A stretch of DNA of 64,000 nt from Rubrobacteraceae bacterium (GTDB taxonomy: Bacteria > Actinomycetota > Rubrobacteria > Rubrobacterales > Rubrobacteraceae), in the NCBI GenBank assembly GCA_050331175.1, contig JBHJHC010000021.1, positions 7,206 through 71,205 on the forward strand. The letters run 5' to 3'. The notes under the pieces are model-generated. The model searched no databases. It had not been told where the DNA came from and saw nothing but the letters and a program-made list of their open reading frames with translations. Of this stretch, positions 63,833-64,000 are shown piece by piece. Both the position numbers and the translations under genes were made by a program. How positions within the stretch are numbered: the stretch's first letter is position 1; each line of letters starts with the position of its first letter.

Positions 63833-64000
63833 TAGCGCCTCCTCGCGGTCCGGTCGTCCTTCCGGTGGGTCCGGAAGGTCCTGGTCGGGGCAAACTCGCC
63901 GAGCTTGTGGCCCACCATGCTCTCCGTACAGAACACCGGCACGTGCTTGCGCCCGTCGTGAACGGCGATGGTGTGGCCCACGAACTCCGGATATATAACC
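63832..64000 (-). CDS. rpsS: 30S ribosomal protein S19, C-terminal part (5' end outside window)
   Basis: Hand translation of the minus strand gives ..[53 protein letters not shown]. The stop overlaps the rplV ATG (TAATG). Confidence 0.85.
   Translation of the reverse strand, partial: VIYPEFVGHTIAVHDGRKHVPVFCTESMVGHKLGEFAPTRTFRTHRKDDRTARRR

Noticed and set aside
1-64000. CRISPR arrays, rRNA/tRNA genes, and prophage or defence-island signatures.
   Set aside because: No spaced multi-copy repeats were found; the only tandem repeats are two-copy 12-14-mers. There are no tRNA cloverleaf or rRNA-like stretches. No nuclease, helicase or methylase clusters were recognised.

Overview
GC-rich bacterial chromosomal window. 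The gene content and order look actinobacterial, possibly Rubrobacter-like, but I cannot verify that. Almost every real gene is on the minus strand. The many long Arg/Pro/Gly-rich ORFs in other frames are high-GC artefacts.

Gene content, left to right:
- 3' end of metH.
- A small DUF433/DUF5615 toxin-antitoxin cassette, bracketed by a duplicated metH 3' end.
- An Ada/AlkA-Ogt alkylation-repair pair.
- A co-directional accessory block: DUF4230 protein, two tandemly duplicated DHA2 MFS transporters, an FMN-dependent 2-hydroxyacid oxidase, an ATP-grasp-like ligase, an APC permease, a HATPase-GNAT fusion and an esterase.
- A galactoside locus: GH36 alpha-galactosidase, galK, galE, galT, a Na+/solute symporter, GH42 beta-galactosidase and a DeoR regulator.
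- A HAD dehalogenase and an esterase.
- The serA/aminotransferase pair, then HdeD and DUF389 membrane proteins.
- gatB with a tightly coupled degenerate IlvD/Edd-like gene.
- A block of FHA-GGDEF, GH32, symporter and LacI genes that separates gatB from gatCA.
- A split cobalamin-independent methionine synthase.
- nrdAB behind a clear cobalamin riboswitch.
- An O-methyltransferase, then truA and ecfTA2A1.
- The alpha/spc/S10 ribosomal protein operons, from rplQ through rpsS.

Most interesting observations:
1. One B12 riboswitch appears to head an operon that joins a Chlamydia-type class Ic (tyrosyl-radical-less) ribonucleotide reductase with a two-gene MetE. These are both classical B12-independent isozymes, placed in one unit.
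2. The TA cassette is flanked by a 47-bp direct repeat and sits next to a displaced, frameshifted metH tail.
3. An IlvD/Edd-fold protein that has lost its cofactor and catalytic motifs is coupled to gatB.
4. A segmental duplication and two gene relics record recent rearrangement.

No rRNA, tRNA, CRISPR array, transposase or integrase was recognised.
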